From Bacteroidetes bacterium ADurb.Bin217 (GTDB lineage: Bacteria; Bacteroidota; Bacteroidia; Bacteroidales; UBA1715), in the NCBI GenBank assembly GCA_002069975.1, contig MWCJ01000008.1, positions 3,529 to 67,528 of the forward strand: a DNA stretch of 64,000 nucleotides, read 5' to 3'. Below the pieces are notes generated by a model, which searched no databases, was not told where the DNA came from, and saw only the letters and a list, made by a program, of their open reading frames with translations. Shown here in pieces: positions 8,733-18,477 of the stretch. Position numbers and translations under genes: made by a program. Positions within the stretch are counted from its first letter, which is position 1; each line of letters opens with the position of its first letter.

Positions 8733-8748
8733 TAGAAACTGTTTAAAT
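8733..8748 (+). repeat. Copy of dispersed 16-nt motif TAGAAACTGTTTARAT
   Basis: TAGAAACTGTTTAAAT, intergenic, 63 nt upstream of the minus-strand SDR start. Confidence 0.7.
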
Positions 8749-9097
8749 AATTTTTTATAATAAAGATTACAAATAGATTATGATGGGAAAATTTAATTAA
8801 TTGTTTGCCTTGATAAATTCAATTGGATTATATTTGTTCTCTCTTGCTTGTATAGTTTTCTATCGGCTCACAGAAAACCGAATACGAAATGCTTCCAAGA
8901 AGGATAAGTGTAGGCACATTAGACATTAGTAAAATAAAACAATTATGAAAATTATTTTTCACGTATTATCACTTTGTTTTTTTAATTTCTCGTGCAAGAA
9001 AGAAAATTTGTATATGCTCAAGAATATTTGAAAAGAATAAAAATGGATATAAGAAATTGAATAATTAAAAATAAGTATAAATTTTAAAACAAAAAAG

Positions 9098-9454
9098 ATG
9101 AAAAAAATGAAATTTTTATTCCCAATTTTATTAATTGGATTTGCAAGTATTAGTTTAAATAGTTGTAAAAAATGTAAAGGAGAAGATCCTAGTGCAAAAG
9201 TTATAAATAACGGTACAGAAAAAGCTAGTGTTCAAATAAAAACATCGAATGGCAATACTGTTAATATAAATAATGTTGAACCAGGTACTTCTTCACCAAA
9301 TAGTAGTTATGCTCCTGGAGAAGTTGTATTTACAATAACTGTTGCTAATAATGATTATGTGGATACGGTTCAAATGACAGAATGTTTTGATTATGATATT
9401 GCTATTGACGCAAATAATGTAATTACAACATCTGCTATTGATAGGAATGAATAA
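9098..9454 (+). CDS. Hypothetical lipoprotein
   Basis: Signal peptide with lipobox ISLNSC; 118 aa; no known domain recognised. Confidence 0.45.
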   Translation: MKKMKFLFPILLIGFASISLNSCKKCKGEDPSAKVINNGTEKASVQIKTSNGNTVNINNVEPGTSSPNSSYAPGEVVFTITVANNDYVDTVQMTECFDYDIAIDANNVITTSAIDRNE

Positions 9455-9538
9455 AAAAAAGTGGAAGCTTGAAACCACATAAAAAAACGGGGCGTAACTG
9501 AAAAGCCATATGAGTAAGAAAATTTAAAAGTAATTGAA

Positions 9539-10027
9539 ATGAAAAAAATATTAACAATATTAACAGTAATTATTAGCATAAGTTCAGCAACTTTTGGACA
9601 AGTAAATCCTCATGCAATTGGACTTCGTTTGGGTGGAGATGGAGATGCTAATGGAGCAGAAATTTCATATCAACATGGAATGGGCGAAGCAAACCGTGTT
9701 GAATTTGATTTAGGATTTAGAGGCAACAAAAATTATAACAGCATGTTTCTTTCTGGTGTATATCAATGGGATTGGAATTTGACAAGTGGATTAAATTGGT
9801 ATGTTGGTCCGGGTGCTGCATTAGGTCTTTACGATTGGGATGATGGAAAAACATCAAGTAGTGGATTTAATCTTGGATTAGGTGGGCAAATAGGTTTAGA
9901 ATTTGATTTTCAAGATCTTGGTGCTCCTTTATTGGTAAGTTTAGATGCTCGACCAATGTTTGATTTTATTGGTTATAATAACGGTTTTGGATGGGGTGCC
10001 GCACTTGGCATAAGATATATTTGGTAA
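9539..10027 (+). CDS. Small outer-membrane beta-barrel protein
   Basis: Signal peptide, Gly/aromatic-rich alternating strands, and a C-terminal ...GIRYIW aromatic end typical of OM barrels. Confidence 0.55.
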   Translation: MKKILTILTVIISISSATFGQVNPHAIGLRLGGDGDANGAEISYQHGMGEANRVEFDLGFRGNKNYNSMFLSGVYQWDWNLTSGLNWYVGPGAALGLYDWDDGKTSSSGFNLGLGGQIGLEFDFQDLGAPLLVSLDARPMFDFIGYNNGFGWGAALGIRYIW

Positions 10028-10040
10028 TTAAAAAAACACG

Positions 10041-10087
10041 ACCTCACACACTAAGCCTCATGGCGTTTGGTGTGTGAGGTTTTTTTA
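10041..10087 (+). terminator. Rho-independent terminator
   Basis: ACCTCACACAC...GTGTGTGAGGT 11-bp stem followed by T7. Confidence 0.8.
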
Positions 10088-10226
10088 TTTTCAATCGTTA
10101 GCAGGTTTCGTATTTGTCTTACAGAATGCTAAATGGCTATATCTGCGAGGAAACTAAAGTGTAAAACTGTTCATTACATTTTTATGTAAAACCTCCTTTA
10201 TTTTAATCATCTAATTAATTGTTAAA

Positions 10227-10371
10227 TGACGCACCTATTTTTTCAAAATGGTTCATCAAATGACACTAAAATACAACAAATAATATGAATATAATAAATT
10301 GATTAACAATTAATTATATCATTACTGGTGCGTCAAATATATAAATTAAATTGACGCACCAGTTGACGCAC
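10227..10371. repeat. Cluster of TGACGCAC(C) repeats
   Basis: TGACGCACC at 10227-10235. Inverted pair CTGGTGCGTCAA 10325-10336 and TTGACGCACCAG 10351-10362. Direct copy TTGACGCAC at 10363-10371. Degenerate AAATGACAC near 10258. Confidence 0.7.
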
Positions 10372-10410
10372 ATTTTCTTTGTTGTTGTTTGTTGTTGTTT
10401 GATATTAAAC

Positions 10411-10450
10411 AAAAAAAAAATGGCTGAAAATCAAGCGATTTACAGCCATT
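10411..10450 (-). terminator. Terminator of tRNA-Pro
   Basis: On the minus strand, AATGGCTG...CAGCCATT hairpin followed by T10. Confidence 0.7.
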
Positions 10451-10474
10451 TGTTGTTATTTGATATCTACTTTG

Positions 10475-10549
10475 TCGGGGCGGCAGGATTCGAACCTGCG
10501 ACCTCCTGGTCCCAAACCAGGCGCGATAACCGGACTACGCTACGCCCCG
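10475..10549 (-). tRNA. tRNA-Pro (anticodon TGG)
   Basis: The reverse complement CGGGGCGTAGCGTAGTCCGGTTATCGCGCCTGGTTTGGGACCAGGAGGTCGCAGGTTCGAATCCTGCCGCCCCGA folds as a cloverleaf. The anticodon loop is TTTGGGA and the T-loop is GGTTCGAATCC. Confidence 0.93.
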
Positions 10550-10588
10550 TTGCTTATAAAAAAGCTGTGCAAAAGTAATGGTATTTTC

Positions 10589-10596
10589 TAAATTTG
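10589..10596 (+). promoter_or_regulatory. Possible -7 promoter box (TAAATTTG)
   Basis: Matches TAnnTTTG, but lies about 97 nt upstream of the antiporter ATG. Confidence 0.3.
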
Positions 10597-10692
10597 CAAA
10601 TCTTTTGTCAAAAAAATAATTTCTTTTTCAATTTTTTATTTTTTGCAATTGTTTTATTTCATTTTTGTACTTTTGTTGCATATTTACTTCGT

Positions 10693-12669
10693 ATGGATAT
10701 TTCTCTTTTAAAAGATATCGTTATTCTTTTGATTATTTCAACTCTTATTAATGTGGCTTTTGTTCGCATTAAAGTTCCTACCATTGTTGGATATTTACTT
10801 ACCGGAATTTTGTTGGGACCACATTTGTTGGGTCTCATAAAAGCACAGCACGAAATAGAAATGATTGCCGAAATAGGCGTTGTACTCTTATTGTTTACTA
10901 TAGGTATGGAGTTTTCGCTAAAGCATTTACTTAAAATACGAAAAGTAGTTTTTTTTGGCGGTTTATTTCAAGTATTTGTAACCGCAGGAGTATTCATGCT
11001 CCTTAGTAAATTTTATAATCTGCCTTGGCAAACCGGTTTGTTTATTGGATTTTTGGCTGCATTAAGTAGTTCTGCTTTGGTGTTGAAGTTGCTTCAAGAA
11101 CGTTCCGAACTTACATCAAATTATGGGCGTACTACATTGGGGATTCTCATATTTCAAGATTTAATGTTGGTTCCTTTGTTATTGTTAACTACATTTTTAA
11201 GTAGTGAAAGTTCAAATATTGGGTATGAATTGTCGGTGTTAACAATTAAAATGATTATAATCATTGCGTTTGTATATGTGGGTAATCGTTGGCTTATTCC
11301 AAAGTTGCTTCATGTAGTGGCTTTACTTAAAAATCAGGAATTATTTATGCTTGCCATTTTTATGATTTGTATGGCTGTATCTCTCATTACATTTCAATTG
11401 GGTATGTCGTTGGCTTTTGGAGCTTTTCTTGCCGGACTAATGATTTCTGAATCCGAATATAGTCATAATGCTTTTGGTAATTTAATTACCTTTAAAGATA
11501 TTTTTACAAGTTTCTTCTTTATTTCTATAGGTATGATGCTCGACATGATGTTTGTAGTAAATAATTATGAAATTGTATTGATAAGTGTGCTTCTTGTTAT
11601 AATTATAAAAGGAATAGTAGGTGCAGCTGCGGGCTTTCTTTTAGGACATACATTTCGTGGTATTGTTATGATAGGTTTGGCGCTAACGCAAGTAGGTGAG
11701 TTTTCGTTTATATTAGCTAAAATTGGATTTCAAAAATCTATTATTAATAATTTTTATTATCAATTATTTTTGGCGGTGTCTGTTATCACAATTACACTTA
11801 CGCCATTTGTTATGAATATCTCATTGCCTTTAGCTAATATTTTATTAAAACTACCATTACCCAAAATCCTTATTAACGGATTGTTTCCCCTTAAGGAAAT
11901 TGATATTCCTCATATGAATAATCATTTGGTTATTATAGGTAAAGATTCTACTGCAATGAAACTTTCTATTATGGCTAAACATATTCAAATGCCACATATT
12001 TCGGTAATTTTTGATCCTACGATTGTTCGCGATAAGTTAAAAAATGGAGATGTTGCTATTTACGGAGATGCCATAAATTTACCTATTTTGTACAAAGCGC
12101 ATGTAGATTCTGCCGATATTGTAATAATTTCGGTAGGAAGTGCTGTGCCTACTATGGCAATAATTGAGAGTGTTCGAAAAATTAGTAAGTCTGCTCATAT
12201 AATTGTTAGAGCACAACATGTTGAAATGGTTGAGCAGTTTTACAAATTAGGAGCAGACCAAGTAATACCTCAAAGTTTTGAGTTGGCTATAGATTTATTT
12301 CATAGAGTATTAAGCAAGCGATTGATTCCATTAAAAGAAACAAATAGAATTATATCAAGTATTCGCAGTGATTATTTGGGAGTATACAGCGATAAGGATT
12401 TGCAAAATCAAGCATCAATACTCGAAGAATTATCGCATATAGAAATTAGTGCAATTAAAATCGAGGAATTTTCTGAATTGGTTGGAAAAAACTTGCAAGA
12501 TTCTCAACTGCGTAATCGTACCGGAGTAACCTTACTTGCAGTAAAGCGAGGTAAGACTGTGATAGAACACCCAAATCTTCAGTTTGTTTTTAATTGTAAC
12601 GATATTGCATTTGTTCTCGGTAGTCCCGAACAGGTAAATGCTGCTTCGGAATTGTGTAGTGTTGGGTAA
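10693..12669 (+). CDS. Cation:proton antiporter (CPA2, Kef-type) with C-terminal RCK/TrkA-N and TrkA-C domains
   Basis: About 12 TM helices in a Na_H_exchanger-like core, and a C-terminal TrkA-C-like segment (LRNRTGVTLLAVKRGKTVIEHP). The start is set at MDISLLKD rather than the upstream extension. Confidence 0.85.
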   Translation: MDISLLKDIVILLIISTLINVAFVRIKVPTIVGYLLTGILLGPHLLGLIKAQHEIEMIAEIGVVLLLFTIGMEFSLKHLLKIRKVVFFGGLFQVFVTAGVFMLLSKFYNLPWQTGLFIGFLAALSSSALVLKLLQERSELTSNYGRTTLGILIFQDLMLVPLLLLTTFLSSESSNIGYELSVLTIKMIIIIAFVYVGNRWLIPKLLHVVALLKNQELFMLAIFMICMAVSLITFQLGMSLAFGAFLAGLMISESEYSHNAFGNLITFKDIFTSFFFISIGMMLDMMFVVNNYEIVLISVLLVIIIKGIVGAAAGFLLGHTFRGIVMIGLALTQVGEFSFILAKIGFQKSIINNFYYQLFLAVSVITITLTPFVMNISLPLANILLKLPLPKILINGLFPLKEIDIPHMNNHLVIIGKDSTAMKLSIMAKHIQMPHISVIFDPTIVRDKLKNGDVAIYGDAINLPILYKAHVDSADIVIISVGSAVPTMAIIESVRKISKSAHIIVRAQHVEMVEQFYKLGADQVIPQSFELAIDLFHRVLSKRLIPLKETNRIISSIRSDYLGVYSDKDLQNQASILEELSHIEISAIKIEEFSELVGKNLQDSQLRNRTGVTLLAVKRGKTVIEHPNLQFVFNCNDIAFVLGSPEQVNAASELCSVG

Positions 12670-12717
12670 TAATGGAGCAATATAATGTAATATTGGATAT
12701 TTTTTTGTAAAATTTGG

Positions 12718-13362
12718 TTAAAACAAACAATTAATATGAACAAATCCTCCATTATAACTCATTTCAAAATCGCGTGTTATACCCGAATTGTATTCTTGAA
12801 TTCTTGATTGTGCTTTTGATAAAAGATCGCAGCCAACAATTACTTGCGGTTGAAATTTCCCAAATTGCATAGATATACCAAACGGAATAATTCGCATTCC
12901 AAGATCGTTACCTTTGCTTCCTTCGAAGTACATGTGGTGATACATAGGTCCTACACCAAATATAAAACTGTGTTTGGTAGAACCTATAGGTTTGTTAAAG
13001 TATAATTCTGCTCCTCCCGAAAACCGACCATAATTGTAAAATGTTCCAGTCGACATTAATTTAGGACCTATTGCTGCTTCTCCTGTTATATTTATTCGCA
13101 TGTATTTTGCAAGTCTATAAGTTGCCGTAATGCTTAATTGTTCGTTCATGTAAATAGATAAATTTACTGTTGAATAATTCTGATAGCGTTCTTCTAAATA
13201 GTCGTTTACATCGCTTGGATAAAAAAATCCGAATCCAATGCCAAAGCCAATTCCAATTTTTTTGTATTCTGTTTCATTATAAAATTTTATACCATTATTG
13301 GTATTCGAAAAAGCAGTATTAACAATGAAAAATACTGCGAGTAAACCCGTAATTTTGTTCAT
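12718..13362 (-). CDS. Hypothetical outer-membrane beta-barrel protein
   Basis: Signal peptide, alternating Gly/aromatic strands, and a C-terminal F. Confidence 0.45.
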   Translation of the reverse strand: MNKITGLLAVFFIVNTAFSNTNNGIKFYNETEYKKIGIGFGIGFGFFYPSDVNDYLEERYQNYSTVNLSIYMNEQLSITATYRLAKYMRINITGEAAIGPKLMSTGTFYNYGRFSGGAELYFNKPIGSTKHSFIFGVGPMYHHMYFEGSKGNDLGMRIIPFGISMQFGKFQPQVIVGCDLLSKAQSRIQEYNSGITRDFEMSYNGGFVHINCLF

Positions 13363-13587
13363 GATAGTTGTGTTTTTTAGTTAATATTTCAACAAAAGTA
13401 GAAAAAAAATAAATAAGTATTTTTATGTATTAAAAAAGTAATTCACAATGTTTTAACAAATGTATAATTGAAAGATATTATATATCTTTTTTAAAGTTGT
13501 TACATTTACTTTTATACAATATTGTATGATTTTTCATGTTTTTACTACTTTTTTTTGTTCAATTAGAATAATGTAATGGAAAAACAG

Positions 13588-13595
13588 TATATTTG
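13588..13595 (+). promoter_or_regulatory. -7 promoter box TATATTTG
   Basis: Exact TAnnTTTG match, 32 nt upstream of the ATG at 13627. Confidence 0.45.
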
Positions 13596-13626
13596 CCTAA
13601 TGTGTAAAATTTAAAAACTTCTGACT

Positions 13627-14427
13627 ATGAAACGATTTTTACTTGTACCTGTTTTTGCTCTCCTTATTAGTTCTTTGTTCGCTCAAGGCGAAATTAAAAA
13701 TGCATCGTATTTAACCTTAGCGTGGAATAGACCAATGTTGAATTTTGGAGAACAATTAGACCGCAATTCTGCAGAAAATTTATATAAATTTTATAATAAT
13801 CAATACGATAATTTTGCTCATTATGGAGGTTCTTTAAATTTCGGAACATCATTTTATATTCATCCTACCGGTTTTATTAAAGGTTTTAAAGCCGGAGTAT
13901 TGGTCGATTTTATTGATTTAGGTGCAAATTATATGACTTTTACCGATTCAAGTATTCAAGTAGCTACTCCTACAAATTTTAAAGAAGAACGTGTATGCCA
14001 CGATTTAACAGGTCGGTATTCATTAAATATTGGAGCTCTTGTAACTTATAGCCCAAAGAAAAAATTGTTTTTTGATTTGTATTTTAAAATTCGTCCTACG
14101 TTTGCTATAAATTATATTAGTGCTCCATTGTGGAAGCAAGTAAATAGTGATGTTATGTATAACGATAGAATTTATACAAATTACGACCAACAAACTATAT
14201 ATGATGCTTCAGGAAAAGAAAAAATGCACAAACAAGTATTTGACGAAACAAGTATAGGTTTAGGATTAAATTATTCGTATGGTTTAGATATTCGTTATTC
14301 TAAAATGTCAATAGGTGCAGAATTGGTAACGGGAAAATTGAAATACACCTCAAGTGTAATTCAGTTAGATCAAATAGTTCGTGACCAATATTTTAAATTA
14401 AAATTAGGTTTCTTTTTTGCCGAATAA
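13627..14427 (+). CDS. Hypothetical outer-membrane protein
   Basis: Signal peptide (LFAQGE) and a beta-strand-like repeat pattern ending ...KLKLGFFFAE. Confidence 0.45.
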   Translation: MKRFLLVPVFALLISSLFAQGEIKNASYLTLAWNRPMLNFGEQLDRNSAENLYKFYNNQYDNFAHYGGSLNFGTSFYIHPTGFIKGFKAGVLVDFIDLGANYMTFTDSSIQVATPTNFKEERVCHDLTGRYSLNIGALVTYSPKKKLFFDLYFKIRPTFAINYISAPLWKQVNSDVMYNDRIYTNYDQQTIYDASGKEKMHKQVFDETSIGLGLNYSYGLDIRYSKMSIGAELVTGKLKYTSSVIQLDQIVRDQYFKLKLGFFFAE

Positions 14428-14449
14428 ATAAAATTTGTTATTCATACAG

Positions 14450-14487
14450 AAAACTCCAATGCTTTTAAAATGTGTTGGAGTTTTTTT
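14450..14487 (+). terminator. Rho-independent terminator
   Basis: AAAACTCCAA...TTGGAGTTTT stem followed by a T-run. Confidence 0.75.
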
Positions 14488-14591
14488 ATTTATTATAATT
14501 AACAATTAACAATTAAAAAAATATACTTGTACAGTAATACTAAAAACAATCTTTTTACGTACTTTTACCTCCATAAAATTCACATGCAGAT

Positions 14592-15401
14592 ATGATTCGT
14601 TGGTTTTTTATTATTACTATAGGTTACAGTATATTGTTGTTGTGTTCGTGTAATAAACAAGAGCAATACGGTTTCGACGAAAATGATACTATTAGAGGTA
14701 TTTGGGGGCAAACAATTCTTTATGATGAATTTGGCTTTGCTGTTACAAATAATGAAGGTATTCAGATAATTGCTCATTGTGTTGATACGCTTGGCAACAA
14801 TACCAACGGTGATTTTATTGTGTTTGATACTACACTAACTACGATTACCGATTCGAAAGGTTTTTGGCAATTTAATAAAGCACCGGGAGGTTTGTATTTT
14901 ATTGAATGTATTAAAGAAGGGTTTTGTAAAAATACTGTATATAATTATTCATACGATACCTTACGAGCCGATACGTTAGATGTATTATATTTGTCTGTGA
15001 AACCACAAGCAGAGGTAAGTTTAGATTCAATTTCATTACAATCAACTATGTTGAATCTTTCACGAACAGTTTCTTTTAATTCTTCTCAATCTGCTCAATA
15101 TATGCTTTCTACATGGTATTTTTTTGATACTTCATCTCAGGTAAGTGCTTCTAAGTATGTATATGCCTATATGTCGGGTGCGGCTGTAGGAAAAGGGGGC
15201 GACCAACAATCGCTTACGACTAAAAAACCCCTCGATAAATTATACGAATCAGGTATTACTGAGGGGAAAACAGTATATGTTTCGTGTGCTGTAGATAATG
15301 CAAAATATGTTCAATATTATAATGAACAAGGTTTAGTTGTGTATCCTAATATTTCGCAATTGTCGACTGTAAAATCTTTTGTAATGCCGGTCGAAGATTA
15401 A
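14592..15401 (+). CDS. Lipoprotein with a carboxypeptidase-regulatory-like beta-sandwich segment
   Basis: Lipobox LLCSC. TDSKGFWQFNKAPGGLYFIECIKEGF resembles the CarboxypepD_reg fold signature. Confidence 0.45.
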   Translation: MIRWFFIITIGYSILLLCSCNKQEQYGFDENDTIRGIWGQTILYDEFGFAVTNNEGIQIIAHCVDTLGNNTNGDFIVFDTTLTTITDSKGFWQFNKAPGGLYFIECIKEGFCKNTVYNYSYDTLRADTLDVLYLSVKPQAEVSLDSISLQSTMLNLSRTVSFNSSQSAQYMLSTWYFFDTSSQVSASKYVYAYMSGAAVGKGGDQQSLTTKKPLDKLYESGITEGKTVYVSCAVDNAKYVQYYNEQGLVVYPNISQLSTVKSFVMPVED

Positions 15402-15407
15402 TGTCAC

Positions 15408-15863
15408 ATGAAAAGTATAGTATATAGTATACTTCTTTTTTTATTGTGTACCTCTTCGGTTCAGCATCCTGTTCATATTTCGTATACTAAAGTTGAGGTG
15501 AAAGGGCTTCAGGTTCGCTTATTAGTTAAATTATTTCCCGATGATTTTTTGGTGGCTGCTCAAACTTATTTTGCAAAACAACATATTTCCGAACAAGAAT
15601 TAATTCAATACATTTCAATACATTGTCGTGTAAGTATTCATGGGGAATTGTGCAAATTTACATTTGAACAAAAAAAAGCGGAAGACAATGCTGATTGGTT
15701 TTATTTTATTGCTAATTTGCAACAAAATGATTGTAACATTCAAGTGTATAATAATTTACTCTGCAATGCATTTGTTGACCAAAAAAATTTAGTTATAATT
15801 TCGTGTAATTCCAAAGACAAAGGGTACAGTCTTGATTGCACAAACAGAATGTGTGAGTTCTAA
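15408..15863 (+). CDS. Hypothetical secreted protein (DUF6702-like)
   Basis: Signal peptide followed by HPVHISYTKVEV, which resembles the N-terminal motif of that Bacteroidota DUF (from memory). Confidence 0.4.
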   Translation: MKSIVYSILLFLLCTSSVQHPVHISYTKVEVKGLQVRLLVKLFPDDFLVAAQTYFAKQHISEQELIQYISIHCRVSIHGELCKFTFEQKKAEDNADWFYFIANLQQNDCNIQVYNNLLCNAFVDQKNLVIISCNSKDKGYSLDCTNRMCEF

Positions 15864-15867
15864 AAGA

Positions 15868-18477
15868 ATGAAACAAATAATAGGCATAATAGTATTTTGT
15901 ATTCAAACGAGTGTTTTGTTTGCAACTCATAATAGAGCAGGGGAGATTACGTATAAACAGCTTTCGGCGTATACATATGAAATTACGCTTGTAACTTATA
16001 CATATACGCCAAGTTATGCTAACGAAACTCGCGATGTGTTGCCAATAGATTGGGGGGATGGAACTATGAGTAATATACCTCGGGTGCAAGTGCAAAATTT
16101 GCCCGATAATTATACGAAAAATACGTACCGAATGACACATACTTTTCCGGGGCCCGGAAATTATAGAATAATTATGGAAGACCCCAATAGGAATCAGGGG
16201 GTTGCTAATATTTTTGATTCGGTAAATATTCCTTTTTCAGTTTCTACAACATTGCGTATCGATGCAATTTTAGGAAATAATAGTACTCCTATTTTACTTA
16301 ACCCTCCGGTAGATAAAGCTGCCTTAGGGCAACGATTTGTGCATAATCCTGCTGCTTACGACCCCGACGGCGATAGCTTGTCGTATGCTATAACTATTTG
16401 TACCGGACAAAATGGCGATCCTATTCCTAATTATACTTTTCCTCAAGCAAGTAAGCAGTTGTATGTCGATTCTATTTCCGGAGATTTGATTTGGGATGCT
16501 CCTGTAGCGTTGGGAATTTATAATGTTGCCATGGTGGTTAAAGAGTGGCGTAAAGGGGTGTTAATTGGGCAAGTAGTTCGAGATATTCAAATAGAAGTGT
16601 TTCAGTCGAATAACACAACACCTACTATTGTTGCTTTGCCAAATGTATGTGTGCGTGCAAACGATACTGTTCGATTTATGGTTCAAGCTACTGATGTTGA
16701 CAATAATTTTATAACGCTTACTGCAAGTGGTGGTCCGCTTGATATGGTTAGTAGTAAAGCTCAATTTACTACGGTTTCGGGAATAGGAGCAGTTCAGTCA
16801 GAATTTGTTTGGATTCCTTCGTGTAACGAAATTCGTGAACAGCCATATACTGTTTTGTTTAAAGTAACCGATGCCGGTAATGATGTTGCTTTAGCCGGAT
16901 TTCAATATGTGTCGATTCAAGTTATTGGGCACGCTCCGGTTGCTATACAAACCGAGTCGAAACCTCTTGCGGTGCAATTAGATTGGTCTGATACAATTTG
17001 TTCAAATCAGTTACATTATTTAGTTTATCGGTCATCACAGTCTGTGCCGTATTCTGTGTCGTATTGCGAAACAGGATTGCCGACAAGTTTGCAAAATTCC
17101 TATTCGTTGGTTCAAACAATTCCTGCAAGTCAGAATAATTTCTATGATGTAAATAACGGAATTGGTTTAAGTCCCGGTTTTACATATTGTTATCGAATAA
17201 TATCAACATATGCCGATGATGTTCCTTCATATATTTCCAACGAGGTATGTGTAGAGTTAAAGCCTACTGTTCATGTTATGACTAATGTAAGTGTGCAAAA
17301 AACAGATAAAACACTGGGCGAAATGTATATTGCGTGGTCTTTACCTCGCGATTTCGATTCAATTTTATTTCCCAAACCTTATATGTATAAAGTGTATCGT
17401 TCATATGGTTTTGTTGGTGCAAATAAGGTACAAATAGCTACTATTTCGGGTTTGTACGATACTTCGTATGTAGATACGGGAATACCAACTCAAGATTCTG
17501 TATTTTCTTATACCGTAGAGTTGTATTCGTTAGCAAATGCTTCTACTGTATTAATAGGAACACCGCCTGCCTGCTCCTCGCCTTATATTTCGCTCGTACC
17601 TCACAATAAAAAAGTGTCAATTCGTGTGCAAACGCAAGTAGGGTGGCAAAACGATAGCATGTATGTGTACCGCAAGCAAATTGACGATAATACATTTGAA
17701 TTAATAGGTACAAGTACTACAAATCAATACATTGATACCGGATTGGTAAATTTACAAGAGTATTGTTATTATGTAATTACAAGTGGTTATTTTGATAATG
17801 TTAATTTACCGGCTCGTGTTTATAATTCTTCGCAAATTGCTTGTTGTACACCTGCCGATACCGTTCCTCCTTTGGCTCCTGTATTTAAGGTTGTTCAATA
17901 TTGTGATTCTCTGTATCGTAAACTTACCTGGACAATAGATTCTACCGATGAAATAGAAAAAGTGTGTGTGTATTATAAAAATTGCAAAAATCAATCGTAT
18001 GAACGGATAGCAACTTTGTCTTCGCAATACAAGGAATTTATTCATGCTTTTCACGATACAGTTACGCAAACAGCCGGTTGTTATTATATTACATCTATAG
18101 ACTCTGCGGGAAACGAGTCTCAGGTGTGGGGTGATACCTGTTTGTATAATTGTCCTAATTATGTGTTGCCTAATATTTTTACCCCTAATGCAGATGGACA
18201 AAATGATATATATCATCCGGTTGTAAATCGATTTGTAGAATATGTCGATATGAAAATTTACGATAGTTGGGGTAATTTAATATTTGAAACCAAAGATCCC
18301 AAAATATTGTGGAAAGGATTTCATGGTACAACTAAAAAAACACTTGATGATGGTGTATATTATTATGTATGCGATGTCTACGAATATTGGTCTGATTGCC
18401 AAGTTCATCCGCGTACCTTAGTAGGGTTTATTCATATGTTTTCTGATGGAAAAAAAATATTGCAACAAAATGAATAA
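15868..18477 (+). CDS. Large secreted protein with T9SS type B (gliding-motility-associated, CHU_C) C-terminal sorting domain
   Basis: N-terminal signal peptide then THNRAGEITY. The C-terminus carries NIFTPNADGQNDIY...YDSWGNLIFE...WKG...DGVYYYV. The start is set at MKQIIGII. Confidence 0.8.
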   Translation: MKQIIGIIVFCIQTSVLFATHNRAGEITYKQLSAYTYEITLVTYTYTPSYANETRDVLPIDWGDGTMSNIPRVQVQNLPDNYTKNTYRMTHTFPGPGNYRIIMEDPNRNQGVANIFDSVNIPFSVSTTLRIDAILGNNSTPILLNPPVDKAALGQRFVHNPAAYDPDGDSLSYAITICTGQNGDPIPNYTFPQASKQLYVDSISGDLIWDAPVALGIYNVAMVVKEWRKGVLIGQVVRDIQIEVFQSNNTTPTIVALPNVCVRANDTVRFMVQATDVDNNFITLTASGGPLDMVSSKAQFTTVSGIGAVQSEFVWIPSCNEIREQPYTVLFKVTDAGNDVALAGFQYVSIQVIGHAPVAIQTESKPLAVQLDWSDTICSNQLHYLVYRSSQSVPYSVSYCETGLPTSLQNSYSLVQTIPASQNNFYDVNNGIGLSPGFTYCYRIISTYADDVPSYISNEVCVELKPTVHVMTNVSVQKTDKTLGEMYIAWSLPRDFDSILFPKPYMYKVYRSYGFVGANKVQIATISGLYDTSYVDTGIPTQDSVFSYTVELYSLANASTVLIGTPPACSSPYISLVPHNKKVSIRVQTQVGWQNDSMYVYRKQIDDNTFELIGTSTTNQYIDTGLVNLQEYCYYVITSGYFDNVNLPARVYNSSQIACCTPADTVPPLAPVFKVVQYCDSLYRKLTWTIDSTDEIEKVCVYYKNCKNQSYERIATLSSQYKEFIHAFHDTVTQTAGCYYITSIDSAGNESQVWGDTCLYNCPNYVLPNIFTPNADGQNDIYHPVVNRFVEYVDMKIYDSWGNLIFETKDPKILWKGFHGTTKKTLDDGVYYYVCDVYEYWSDCQVHPRTLVGFIHMFSDGKKILQQNE

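Noticed and set aside
10090-10549. Integrated mobile element or genomic island at tRNA-Pro (and likewise at tRNA-Arg, 46352-46425).
   Set aside because: No integrase, transposase or phage genes and no duplicated tRNA 3' end are visible on either side. Only the short TGACGCAC repeats are present, and these are reported separately.
10351-10578. 75-aa ORF overlapping tRNA-Pro, and similarly 46284-46562 overlapping tRNA-Arg.
   Set aside because: The reading frames run through canonical tRNA cloverleaf sequences on the opposite strand, so they are spurious.
15832-15867. N-terminal extensions offered by the ORF track: 3758-3778, 10594-10692, 15832-15867, 18446-18469, 31159-31248 and 36295-36330.
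   Set aside because: The extensions overlap upstream genes or promoter boxes and precede obvious native N-termini (signal peptides or conserved first motifs). Internal ATGs are preferred.
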